Shown in pieces: positions 1 through 8,040 of a DNA stretch of 20,000 nucleotides (positions are counted from its first letter, which is position 1; every line of letters starts with the position of its first letter). The stretch lies in IMG/VR virus record IMGVR_UViG_3300037247_000525. The stretch is one strand, 5' to 3'. This DNA comes from an uncultured virus (IMG/VR IMGVR_UViG_3300037247_000525) (taxonomy: Duplodnaviria; Heunggongvirae; Uroviricota; Caudoviricetes). The notes under the pieces were generated by a model. That model worked only from the letters and a program-made list of their open reading frames with translations. It searched no databases and was not told where the DNA came from. A program made the translations under genes and the position numbers.

Positions 1-599
1 TCAGCGACTGCGTTGTCGCGGGCAAACAACGCCACGTCTCCCTGCGCACCGCCGCCGGTGCCAAACAGTACTGACACGTCAAACTTAGACAGGTATGCGG
101 TCTTGCCGGCTGGCACCGTGTACAGGGCCATGGTGGTCTGGCCTAGGGTGGCCGTAATTTGAGCCAGGGTAGCACCAGCGCTAGCGATTCGAACTATGAT
201 ATTGTCCACGTTAGAGTGCGTCGATCCGGCGGTCACAATCGTGGCACGAAACACACGTAGCCACGTGCCCGGAAGTGCGATTGGGTTCGCGCCGTTCAGC
301 GACCTCGTAGCCAACTGCTCTTCCCAATTCGCATCCAATCCCTGCACCTCAACCGTCCACGCTCCCGTACCGGTAGTCAGCACGTCGTCTGCCCCGCCGA
401 GCACTTCCAACGACTGTGCTGTAGACTGGTAGGGATATAGTCCACCTACTTCCCAAACGGCTTCTGGTACGTCACCAGTACCGATGCTACGGTTCGCCCC
501 AAACTTGTTCACGCGGCTGACGCCCCGCACCAAGCTGTCGGCGATGGCCAGCCCGGGCACGTTCTGCTCGAAGATAGATCGGTCCCAGCGCTTACCCAT
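1..599 (-). CDS. Probable virion/structural protein, runs off the window edge (not in ORF track)
   Basis: Manual translation from ATG at 599, overlapping the portal stop: MGKRWDRSIFEQNVPGLAIADSLVRGVSRVNKFGANRSIGTGDVPEAVWEVGGLYPY...MALYTVPAGKTAYL. No stop before base 1. Gly/Thr/Val-rich and directly downstream of the portal. Confidence 0.65.
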   Translation of the reverse strand, partial: MGKRWDRSIFEQNVPGLAIADSLVRGVSRVNKFGANRSIGTGDVPEAVWEVGGLYPYQSTAQSLEVLGGADDVLTTGTGAWTVEVQGLDANWEEQLATRSLNGANPIALPGTWLRVFRATIVTAGSTHSNVDNIIVRIASAGATLAQITATLGQTTMALYTVPAGKTAYLSKFDVSVLFGTGGGAQGDVALFARDNAVA

Positions 600-2079
600 T
601 GAACCCTTCGCCCCCGTCTGGCTTTGCAGCGGTGGCCGTTGCCTCCATGGTCGCCATCGCCTGCGCCTGCGCGTCTTCGCTCGACAGCAGCAGGTCGGTG
701 TCGATCGCGGAGAGCGGCTGCAAGCGGCTCAGGCCGAGCAGGTCCAGGATCTCCTGCACCGCTTCGTCCTGCCGGTCCACCTGCACGCCGGCGGTGGCCA
801 AGTCGCGGATCACTGCCGACAGCTCGTCGGCGTTGCGGAACGCCTGGGCCTCGGTCTTCAGCGTCGGCTTCAGCTTCTCGTCCCACCCGTTTAGCTCGAA
901 CAGCGGCCCGAACAGGTCCCGCTCCAGTGCTTCACGGATTTCGGTCAGCGCGCTGTCGACCATGAGCCCGAAGGACTGCGTCTTGTCGTTTGACAGGCTG
1001 CGGCTACCGGCGGAGTTCTCGCCCAGCATCAGGTGCTCGACGCCGAACACCCGGGCGATCTCGCGTTGGATGCGGACGATCGCGGCCATCACGGCTTCCA
1101 GGCTGTAGGTGCCGCCGTCCAGCAGGGACAGGTCCCACTGCGGAATCGCCACCGGCGTGCGTTGGTCGCCCGTGCCCTTGTACGGCGTGCTGTCCAGCAT
1201 GATCCCCAGGTCGGGGTTCTTCACGTGGTTCTTCACGAACGAGTCCAGCCCGGTCACCAGCGCGTCGGCCTGCGCCTTCGAGATCACCTTGTTCTTCACG
1301 GCCTTGTCCAGCTCGGCGAGCGGGGCCCGCGCCACCGGGATGCCGCGCAGGTCGCCGGCGTAGCCCCACAGCTCCAGCTCTTGCAGGCGCATCAGGCGCC
1401 GGACCGAGTCGACCACGTGCCGCAGCAGGCCGAACCCCTCCGGGCTGTCGTTGATCGCGTCGTCGACCACGTACACCAGCTTCGCGCGCGGGATCGCCGT
1501 GTCCTTGCCGGTCTGCGGGCTGGTCTGCACGGCGCCGAGCACGGCGCCGTTGTTCTCCAACATCCACCGATCAATCGTCATCTGGGCCAGGGAGACCACG
1601 TCCTTGAACCCGATCGAGCCATCTTCCTCGCGCCGTGCGACCCACTCCCCGAGCGCGAACCCGTAGAAGCGGTGCCCGGCCAGCCGGCGCACGATCCGAT
1701 GCAGTGGCTGGTCCATGCCGTTTAGGACGGCATCCACCTTCACGGCCATCTCCTCGCCTTCCTCGCCGCTGTCCTTCGCCGGGATGACGGTCCACGCCGC
1801 GTTCGTGACCATGTTCAGGAACACCCGCACGGCCGCGCCGATGATCGCCACGTTCGCGATGGCCTCGGAATACGTCTTGTACCTGTTCCGGCCGAGCAGG
1901 GACGAATCGGTCTCGCGCCGCTCAATGTAGCCGCCGTAGACCGCGGTGCCGCCGACGCCTAGTTCGGCCTCGGGATCAGGATCGGTCACCTTGACGTCGA
2001 TGGGGAGTCGGCCCTCGTCGTCGAGCTTGGTGAACTTGCCGCCCTGTCGGAGCTGGCCCTTGCTGTGGTGCTCGGTCAT
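592..2079 (-). CDS. Phage portal protein (DUF935/Mu gp29-like)
   Basis: About 495 aa from ATG 2079 (MTEHHSKG). Portal-like segments FYGFALGEWV, DSPEGFGLLR, GIPVARAP, IARVFGVEHLMLG...GSRSLS and LFELNGW. Lies downstream of TerL. Confidence 0.85.
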   Translation of the reverse strand: MTEHHSKGQLRQGGKFTKLDDEGRLPIDVKVTDPDPEAELGVGGTAVYGGYIERRETDSSLLGRNRYKTYSEAIANVAIIGAAVRVFLNMVTNAAWTVIPAKDSGEEGEEMAVKVDAVLNGMDQPLHRIVRRLAGHRFYGFALGEWVARREEDGSIGFKDVVSLAQMTIDRWMLENNGAVLGAVQTSPQTGKDTAIPRAKLVYVVDDAINDSPEGFGLLRHVVDSVRRLMRLQELELWGYAGDLRGIPVARAPLAELDKAVKNKVISKAQADALVTGLDSFVKNHVKNPDLGIMLDSTPYKGTGDQRTPVAIPQWDLSLLDGGTYSLEAVMAAIVRIQREIARVFGVEHLMLGENSAGSRSLSNDKTQSFGLMVDSALTEIREALERDLFGPLFELNGWDEKLKPTLKTEAQAFRNADELSAVIRDLATAGVQVDRQDEAVQEILDLLGLSRLQPLSAIDTDLLLSSEDAQAQAMATMEATATAAKPDGGEGFNG

Positions 2080-2094
2080 GCCAGAGCATAGGCC
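2078..2094 (-). promoter_or_regulatory. Putative leaderless promoter of portal (GGCC-TATGCT-CTGGC-ATG)
   Basis: TATGCT is 5 nt before the ATG with no SD. The 17-mer is identical to 7631-7647(+) and 16/17 identical to 19733-19749(-). Confidence 0.6.
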
Positions 2095-2117
2095 ATCCAC
2101 CACGACAAAACAACCGG

Positions 2118-2200
2118 GTCACGGTTTCGACGGTGGATCAACCGCGAGTCACGGTTTCTGACGGTGAGTCACGGTCCTCGCAACGGTGACCGTTACGGTG
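2118..2200. repeat. ACGGT tandem array, about 10-bp period
   Basis: ACGGT at 2121, 2130, 2151, 2161, 2171, 2183 and 2195. GTCACGGTTTC occurs twice and GAGTCACGGT twice. Confidence 0.75.
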
Positions 2201-2217
2201 CGGGACGTTTACACGCC

Positions 2218-2445
2218 CTACTCTTCGAATTTCATGAAGCAGGAGCACCCTTCCAGCGTGCTACAGAAGTCGACCACTTCCGCGTGGGAATGGTTGATCT
2301 TGCGCTCCGGGCCGTTCCACGTGCCGAAGTAGCAGCGGTGGAACAGCCGGGCCTCTTCCTTGGCGCGCTCTTCGGTCGCGGCCACGATCGCCCGGACGGT
2401 GAAGCCGTAGGAGCGATCCGAGATCCTGATCAGGTAGACGTTCAT
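2218..2445 (-). CDS. Hypothetical protein, 75 aa
   Basis: MNVYLIRISD...; ATGA-coupled to the upstream ORF. Confidence 0.7.
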   Translation of the reverse strand: MNVYLIRISDRSYGFTVRAIVAATEERAKEEARLFHRCYFGTWNGPERKINHSHAEVVDFCSTLEGCSCFMKFEE

Positions 2446-2714
2446 GGTTTCAGTACCTCCAGGGCATCGGGGATGGGGCAGTCGGCCTTGTGCGGGTGGA
2501 TGTCAATCCATGCCCGGCACATCTTGCAGAGCACCATCTGACGGCCCGGCTCTTCGGGGCACGTACCTAGGTGCATCTCGTGGGCGGTGACCACGGCGAT
2601 CAGGGGCCGGAGCACGTCTTCGATGTCTTCGCGGATCCACGCCGGGGCACCCTGCACAGGAATGTGGCCGGGCTCGGGGATGATCTCGCAGGCGATGTCT
2701 TCGGCGGACTTCAT
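2442..2714 (-). CDS. Hypothetical protein, 90 aa, CxxC...H..C putative Zn site
   Basis: MKSAEDIACEII...LCKMC...HPHKADC; ATGA overlaps at both ends. Confidence 0.7.
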   Translation of the reverse strand: MKSAEDIACEIIPEPGHIPVQGAPAWIREDIEDVLRPLIAVVTAHEMHLGTCPEEPGRQMVLCKMCRAWIDIHPHKADCPIPDALEVLKP

Positions 2715-2959
2715 TTGGCATCCTTGAAGGCGCGGCGGATCAGGTGGTTGAGCACCATTCCTTGCACGCCCAGGACCGGCCATTCGGTGGGTACGAAGAG
2801 GGGGACGTACTCCTCGCCGTCGCAAAAGATGGCCCGCTTGTAGCGTAGGATCTTGAGTTCCACCGGATCCGCTGATGCTGGATCTATGATCTCCAGGATC
2901 GGGCGGTTGTGGTCGATCAATTCCCCGTCGCGGGGGCCGGTGAGGATCAGGGCCTTCAT
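2711..2959 (-). CDS. Hypothetical protein, 82 aa
   Basis: MKALILTGPRDGE...; coupled overlaps. Confidence 0.7.
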   Translation of the reverse strand: MKALILTGPRDGELIDHNRPILEIIDPASADPVELKILRYKRAIFCDGEEYVPLFVPTEWPVLGVQGMVLNHLIRRAFKDAK

Positions 2960-3069
2960 CGCGATGACTCCACGCCGATGATGAACCCAAACATGAGGCC
3001 AGCGAACAGGCCAGCGACGGCACCCATGCGGAAGAACCACCAGTCGTCTTTTGCTCTTTGGGCGTCCAT
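2956..3069 (-). CDS. Small single-TM protein, 37 aa
   Basis: MDAQRAKDDWWFFRMGAVAGLFAGLMFGFIIGVESSR; fills the gap with coupled overlaps. Confidence 0.6.
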   Translation of the reverse strand: MDAQRAKDDWWFFRMGAVAGLFAGLMFGFIIGVESSR

Positions 3070-3248
3070 CACTCTTTCCTCTTCCGCATGCTGTGCCCCT
3101 TGGGCGTGCGCTTGCTGGCCAGGATGGTCTGGCCCTCGATGGTCAGCTCGCCGCGGACGAAGCCGCGGAAGCGGCGCTGCGACGTGCGGGCGTTGCGGGC
3201 GTCGATCGAGATGGACTTGCCTTCGTGGTCGAACTTGTAGGTGTTCAT
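3069..3248 (-). CDS. Hypothetical basic protein, 59 aa
   Basis: MNTYKFDHEGK...; SD GGAGG upstream and ATGA overlap. Confidence 0.65.
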   Translation of the reverse strand: MNTYKFDHEGKSISIDARNARTSQRRFRGFVRGELTIEGQTILASKRTPKGHSMRKRKE

Positions 3249-3520
3249 TTGGCCTCCGTGAAGCCGTACCACCGTTGCAGGGCCGGGGGCACGAACACGT
3301 GCTTCGCGCCATCGGGCAGGCTGTCCATGCTGAACTCTAGGATGTCAGGCGAAGGCTTGTCCGCGCGGAAGAACGCCTGGACGTGGAAGTAGGCGTCAGG
3401 CTTGCAGATGTAAGTGCCGCCGAGGAAGCCGGACATCTTGTTGAGGTTGCGCAGTGCATCCTTGGCTTCTTCTTCGGTGTAGAAAGGCTCGATGATTTGT
3501 AGGGTCCACATGGGGTTCAC
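3245..3520 (-). CDS. Hypothetical protein, about 91 aa
   Basis: GTG start overlaps the upstream stop (alternative ATG at 3511, MWTLQIIEPF). Confidence 0.65.
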   Translation of the reverse strand: MNPMWTLQIIEPFYTEEEAKDALRNLNKMSGFLGGTYICKPDAYFHVQAFFRADKPSPDILEFSMDSLPDGAKHVFVPPALQRWYGFTEAK

Positions 3521-3762
3521 TTCGCGCAGTGGAGCGCGTACTTGATCCGGCTCAACAGGTTGCGGACTTCACTCTTGCGCGTGGTGGGAGAGTACGTCGT
3601 CACCGCGTCCGGGATGCCGACGTCCGTCAGGCAGATGTCGCGGAACACCTCCGCCTCTCGCTTGGTCAGATCCATGCTCATGGTGGACGTCGCCTCGATG
3701 ACCTGGGCGGCAGCGAAGGTGGTCAGGATGTCGATGGCCTCTTGGATTCGTTCGGTGTTCAT
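3517..3762 (-). CDS. Hypothetical protein, 81 aa (paralog of 3759-4001)
   Basis: Coupled ORF with visible similarity to its neighbour. Confidence 0.75.
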   Translation of the reverse strand: MNTERIQEAIDILTTFAAAQVIEATSTMSMDLTKREAEVFRDICLTDVGIPDAVTTYSPTTRKSEVRNLLSRIKYALHCAK

Positions 3763-4001
3763 GGGGTTTTCGTGGTTGCGCTGAAGAGCTTGTTCAGCAG
3801 GAACTTGACCTTTGTCTTGGTCGTGCGAAGATAGGACTCCAGGATCACGTTCGGGATGGTGACGTCCAGCCGGGCTACCTCGTGCAGCAGATCGAACTCT
3901 TCCCTGGTCAGCTCCAGGTTTAGGGTGATCGGCGCGTCGGCGGCCTTAGACTCGGCGACGGCAGCGGTCAGGAGACTGATGGCTTTTTCGATGTTGTTCA
4001 T
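3759..4001 (-). CDS. Hypothetical protein, 80 aa (paralog of 3517-3762)
   Basis: Coupled ORF with visible similarity to its neighbour. Confidence 0.75.
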   Translation of the reverse strand: MNNIEKAISLLTAAVAESKAADAPITLNLELTREEFDLLHEVARLDVTIPNVILESYLRTTKTKVKFLLNKLFSATTKTP

Positions 4002-4168
4002 GGCTGTTTCTTCTCGATGTCGAACGGGTTCTCGATGTTCTTCTTCTCCAGGCGATGGATCAGCTTCTTGATCAACTGTCTGGTCTGTGGGCCGATGGCA
4101 AGCTTGTTCGCATCCATCAGCTCCCGCAGCCCATCCACCAGTCGGTTGTCCTTCTGTTCCGTAACCAT
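3998..4168 (-). CDS. Hypothetical protein, 56 aa (not in ORF track)
   Basis: Manual translation MVTEQKDNRLVDGLRELMDANKLAIGPQTRQLIKKLIHRLEKKNIENPFDIEKKQP*, ending in an ATGA overlap. Confidence 0.65.
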   Translation of the reverse strand: MVTEQKDNRLVDGLRELMDANKLAIGPQTRQLIKKLIHRLEKKNIENPFDIEKKQP

Positions 4169-4296
4169 GATTTGTGAGCAGGATTCTGGTCAGTATGCCG
4201 GGCCAGCGGGCACGTCAGCAACACTACAAGTGATGGTGCCCCACCTCCCGGCGCGGGTGGAAGTATACCGCTGGGCGCCGGGGATGCGGTGTGTTT

Positions 4297-4437
4297 CTGA
4301 GAAAGAGTGCCCCCGGCGGGCAAGCTCGCCGGGTGCGATTGGATGCCGTTGGTCGCCGGGGCGAAGTGATCACCATCCAACGCCGCAGATTGCGCTGCGC
4401 TGGTAGCTCCCGCTTGTCGGCCAGTGGCTTGCAACAT
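4297..4437 (-). ncRNA. Candidate structured small RNA
   Basis: Starts 5 nt after a TATGCT box (4443-4448). Hairpins CGCAG/CTGCG, TTGGATG/CATCCAA (enclosing TCGCC/GGCGA) and CCCGGCGAGC/GCCCGCCGGG, followed by ACTCTTTCT. Confidence 0.3.
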
Positions 4438-4563
4438 GCGGAAGCATACCCCGCCGGGTGCCGAATGGTCGGGGTTTGTTTCTGGATCGGCAATGAACGG
4501 GGGTAGTTTGACACCATGGGCGCGTTGTCACCGACGTGTCGAGTACCTACTGATTTCTGGGGA

Positions 4564-6132
4564 TTAGTCGTCGTCGGGGTAGATCAGGCGGGGGCCGAAC
4601 AGGGAGACCGGGTCCTCCAGGTTCTTCAGGTGGTGGTGGTACGCCCGAGACAGCGCGTCCGTGATGTCCTTGAACTGGCTGCCCGGGAACAGGCCCAGCT
4701 CGGCTATCACCATGTCGTTGAAGGGCCCGCGGACCATGCACACGTTGCCGGCATTCACCTGGGCTGCAAACGGCTCGGCACGCTGCTCCTTGGCACCGGA
4801 CTCCGGGCTGAAGTAGCAGTCGTACCCGTGCAGGTCCTTCGCGAACTGGGCCACCTGCGCCTTGCCGGCTTGGCCGGGGTCCTGCGGGATGTCCTGCGGG
4901 CACTCGAAGCCATCTTGCTCGGCGACTTGCTTGACGTGTGACCGCACCTCGTCTGGGTCGCCGCGCAGCCGCGTCGCGTCCGTGATGCACAGCCGGCCGT
5001 CGTGGCTCAGGACCAGCTTCGCGCCGACGGTGTACGGGCTCGTCTTGTCCTTCGACGCCGCGAGGTCCCACCCGCGGACCGCCTTGCCCGGGATTGGCTC
5101 ATCCACGAACGTGATCTTCTCGACCTTGAACATGCCGCCCTCGCGGGGCACGGGGCGCTGCTGTTGCTGGCACGCCACCGCGTAGTCGCCGCCCTCCACC
5201 ATCAGCTGCACCTTCAGGTCGTCGACCGATTCTTTCGGGAATCGCTCGGGGAACAGCAGTTCCCCCTCTTCTTCGCGGGGATCCTGGAGGTACAGCAGCG
5301 GGGCCTTGGGGTCGTGCACGTAGAACGGACACGCCTCACCGTCGGGCATCATCCTGCGCATCCGCGCGCGGGTGTACGGGGAGGGGACGCTGGTCCAGCT
5401 GCGGTACTTCAGCTCGGCCTCCATGGGCAGCACCAGCGTGGTCCACCCCTGCTCCTCCATCAGGCTGGTCATGATCAGCCCCGAGATGTCGGCGGAGTGC
5501 AGCCGCTGCATGATGACCACGAACACCGGGTTGGTGGGGTCGGTGAACCGCGTGGGGGCCGTCTCCGTGAACCAGAACCGCGCGCCGCCCCGCTCCACGT
5601 CGGACTCCGCCAGCTTGACGCTGTGGGGGTCGTCGATCACGAACCGTTGGCCACGCCAGCCCGTTAGGCCAGCTCCGGTGCTGGATGCGTAGCGGAAGCC
5701 CCGCTGCGTGTTGGAGTACTTCTCCTTGCCGCGGTCGTCGTCCTTCCACTCGATGGGCCAGCGCTCCCTGTACCACGGGTCAGAGACCACGTCCCGCATG
5801 TGCATCATGTCGCGGGTCGACAGCTTCTTGTCGTAGCTCGCGGTGATGTACTGGAGGTTGGGCATGCCGCGGGGGCCCCACTCCCACGCCGGCCAGAATA
5901 CCGACGTCAGCATGGACTTGGCGGTGCCGGGCGGCACGTTGATCAACAGTCGGGTGATCTCGCCCTCGGTGATGGCTTGCAGGTGCTCACACATCACCTC
6001 CATGCACCACCCGGTCACGAGCGGGGTCGATGGGTGCAGGATGTGCCACGCCTGCTTGACGAACTCGAACAGCGACAATTCGCACTTGGCGCGCATTGGG
6101 TCAGCGCGCATCTTTTCCATGAAGTCGGTCAT
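4564..6132 (-). CDS. terL: Terminase large subunit
   Basis: 522 aa. Walker A INVPPGTAKS, Walker B FVIDD, motif VIMQRLH, RNase H-like nuclease GWDLAAS...FKDITDALS. Confidence 0.95.
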   Translation of the reverse strand: MTDFMEKMRADPMRAKCELSLFEFVKQAWHILHPSTPLVTGWCMEVMCEHLQAITEGEITRLLINVPPGTAKSMLTSVFWPAWEWGPRGMPNLQYITASYDKKLSTRDMMHMRDVVSDPWYRERWPIEWKDDDRGKEKYSNTQRGFRYASSTGAGLTGWRGQRFVIDDPHSVKLAESDVERGGARFWFTETAPTRFTDPTNPVFVVIMQRLHSADISGLIMTSLMEEQGWTTLVLPMEAELKYRSWTSVPSPYTRARMRRMMPDGEACPFYVHDPKAPLLYLQDPREEEGELLFPERFPKESVDDLKVQLMVEGGDYAVACQQQQRPVPREGGMFKVEKITFVDEPIPGKAVRGWDLAASKDKTSPYTVGAKLVLSHDGRLCITDATRLRGDPDEVRSHVKQVAEQDGFECPQDIPQDPGQAGKAQVAQFAKDLHGYDCYFSPESGAKEQRAEPFAAQVNAGNVCMVRGPFNDMVIAELGLFPGSQFKDITDALSRAYHHHLKNLEDPVSLFGPRLIYPDDD

Positions 6133-6350
6133 CGGGTCATCTCATCTGCCAGCACGTCCTGGCGTCGGGGTTGGTTCGTCACCTTCTCCCAGTGGCAACA
6201 AAGGCACTGGGACTTGCCGCAGTCGAAGTGCGACAGGCTGCGGCCCTTGCCGTAGGTGCCGTCGAAGTCGCCGATCACGGCGGTCCACTGGGCGCGGCGC
6301 GCCTGGGCCTTCTTCTCGGTGCGGTGCCGTCGTTCTGCTCGCTTGCTCAT
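6129..6350 (-). CDS. Small basic Cys-rich protein, 73 aa
   Basis: MSKRAERRHRTEKK...HFDCGKSQCLCCH...; ATGA-coupled to terL. Confidence 0.65.
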   Translation of the reverse strand: MSKRAERRHRTEKKAQARRAQWTAVIGDFDGTYGKGRSLSHFDCGKSQCLCCHWEKVTNQPRRQDVLADEMTR

Positions 6351-6485
6351 GGGCGGTTGTTTACACGCTCTATTTTGGTTTTGGATTTTGGGACGTTTAC
6401 ACGTTCTGGCGGGTTTTGGTGGGGTGGGTGGGACATGGGGGCGGAGGCGAACGTTGTCAGAGGGGGGCCCCAATCCTTTCTGAAC

Positions 6486-6696
6486 CTCCCATGCCATGGG
6501 GAGTTCAGCACCACAGTCTCACAATGATACATGCTCACCATGCCATGGCTCCTACGCACACACGTCCCATTGTGGTACGTCCCATCATGGGACATCCCAT
6601 GATGAGAAGGCCCCATGGCATAGCACCCACAGCACCACAGGGCGTCCCACTACAGGACCCCTTGCCATGGGCTTCTCTGAAAGGCCCTTGCCATGG
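6486..6696. repeat. CCATGG/CCCAT-rich repeat and palindrome block between terS and terL
   Basis: CCATGG at 6494, 6543, 6613, 6665 and 6691. CCCTTGCCATGG x2, CCATGCCATGG x2, AGCACCACAG x2. Palindrome GTCCCAT-C-ATGGGAC at 6579-6593. Confidence 0.75.
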
Positions 6697-7176
6697 CTAG
6701 TTCCTGGAGGGGTCATCGGGGATGGTCTTGAGGAACGCCCTGCCCGCACGTCGCTGCTCCGGGGTCATCTTCTCCACCTCGATCCGCTTGTCCTGGATCT
6801 CCACGGTGGCCGTGCTGTCCACCTGCACCTTGTCGCTCCACCCCGCGGGGTCGAGCTTGGCAAGGAACTTCAGGAGGATCCTCTCGGAGTACTTCCGCTT
6901 GCGGGTGACTACGGCACCATGCTTGTCTAGCGTCTCCTCGACTAGGCCCTCTATGGCCAGCATGCGTGCCACCTTGAGCAGATCCCCGTACGCACGCCCT
7001 AGGGCATCGTCGCAGGCGGCAGCGAATTCCTCGTCCTTCTTCCTCCACTTCCAGGCGGTGCAATAGGCCACCCGCACGTGAGCGGATGCCGCCTTGTGAG
7101 AGGCTAGGTTGGCGAGTGCCTCGACGTACGCTGCTCGGACGTCGGCCGTGAACTTGGCAGGTTTGCGCGTTCTCAT
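6697..7176 (-). CDS. terS: Terminase small subunit
   Basis: 159 aa from MRTRKPAKFT. HTH-like N-terminus (AYCTAWKWRKKDEEFAAA) and KYSERILLKFL segment typical of TerS; located upstream of terL. Confidence 0.8.
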   Translation of the reverse strand: MRTRKPAKFTADVRAAYVEALANLASHKAASAHVRVAYCTAWKWRKKDEEFAAACDDALGRAYGDLLKVARMLAIEGLVEETLDKHGAVVTRKRKYSERILLKFLAKLDPAGWSDKVQVDSTATVEIQDKRIEVEKMTPEQRRAGRAFLKTIPDDPSRN

Positions 7177-7339
7177 AGCATAGGATCGCCCATGTGGGGC
7201 TCCGATCCAAGGGGGAGCGTAGGACGTTCTGCCGATCCGAGGCTCGGAGGCGGGATCCTGGGGCTTCCTGGGTCGGCGGCGCTGGAACGGTTCGGCGGGT
7301 CGCCGCAGAGCGGGTGTTGCCTCCGATCTAGCCCATATC

Positions 7340-7630
7340 AGCCCGATCGTACACCGTAACACCGTTTCGCCTTTCCAGACCGAACGACCAAACCACCCGA
7401 TCAGAGCCCAAAGAAAACACCGTTCACCATGTACCCTATATACACCCTTTTGAGAGAGAGTAATACAGAGAAAAGAGGAAATGGTGTACCCTGAAACCCC
7501 AGCAATAGACCCCTCGAAATGACCGTGTAAACCGTGCAAACCGGGATACTGATCACCATTGGGCATCCCATAGGCCAGTAAATGTTCGGCCTGCAAATCA
7601 AAACGGTGTACTTGGGTCAAGACGGTGTAC
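7340..7630. other. AT-rich intergenic region flanked by ACCGT/ACGGT repeats (ori, pac or regulatory candidate)
   Basis: AT/purine-rich core at about 7430-7495. ACCGT at 7353, 7361, 7419, 7522, 7531. ACGGTGTAC at 7603 and 7622, with its reverse complement at 7349. Confidence 0.45.
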
Positions 7631-7647
7631 GGCCTATGCTCTGGCAT
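7631..7647 (+). promoter_or_regulatory. Putative promoter of the plus-strand ORF (TATGCT box)
   Basis: Identical 17-mer to the portal upstream element; 8 nt before ATG 7649. Confidence 0.55.
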
Positions 7648-7648
7648 C

Positions 7649-8029
7649 ATGACCACAGAACCGTACACACCCGAGCGTTTCGCCCGGCAAGTAGCCGAGC
7701 ACAAGGAGCACCAGCGTCAAGCCAGGGAAGCCAGGAAGGACCGTTGGGGCTTCCCGGCAGACTTCGCCAGCATCCTAGCCTTGCTGGATTGCATCCCCAC
7801 CCGCGACGATCTGAGGCCAGACGCGACACCTCCAGCGCCGCCGACCAAGGAGCCCAGGAGGAAGGGAGGCAGCCCCCTCCATGGCGAGGCGGCACGTCGG
7901 CGCAAGTGTCGCTTGACTCGGGCGAACTACCACCGAATGACCAAGGATCAGCGCGCCGAGCGCAACCGGAAGCGGCGCGCCCGGTACAGCGAAGCGCGGG
8001 CAGCAATCACCGCCCGCGACAACGTGTAA
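7649..8029 (+). CDS. Basic hypothetical protein, 126 aa (only plus-strand gene)
   Basis: MTTEPYTPERF...; Arg-rich C-terminus; preceded by the conserved promoter motif; converges on dnaN. Confidence 0.6.
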   Translation: MTTEPYTPERFARQVAEHKEHQRQAREARKDRWGFPADFASILALLDCIPTRDDLRPDATPPAPPTKEPRRKGGSPLHGEAARRRKCRLTRANYHRMTKDQRAERNRKRRARYSEARAAITARDNV

Positions 8030-8040
8030 ACGTACCTCCC

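Noticed and set aside
7177..7704. 176-aa N-terminal extension of TerS
   Set aside because: It runs through the AT-rich repeat region and overlaps the divergent gene; TerS-like sequence begins at MRTRKPAK.
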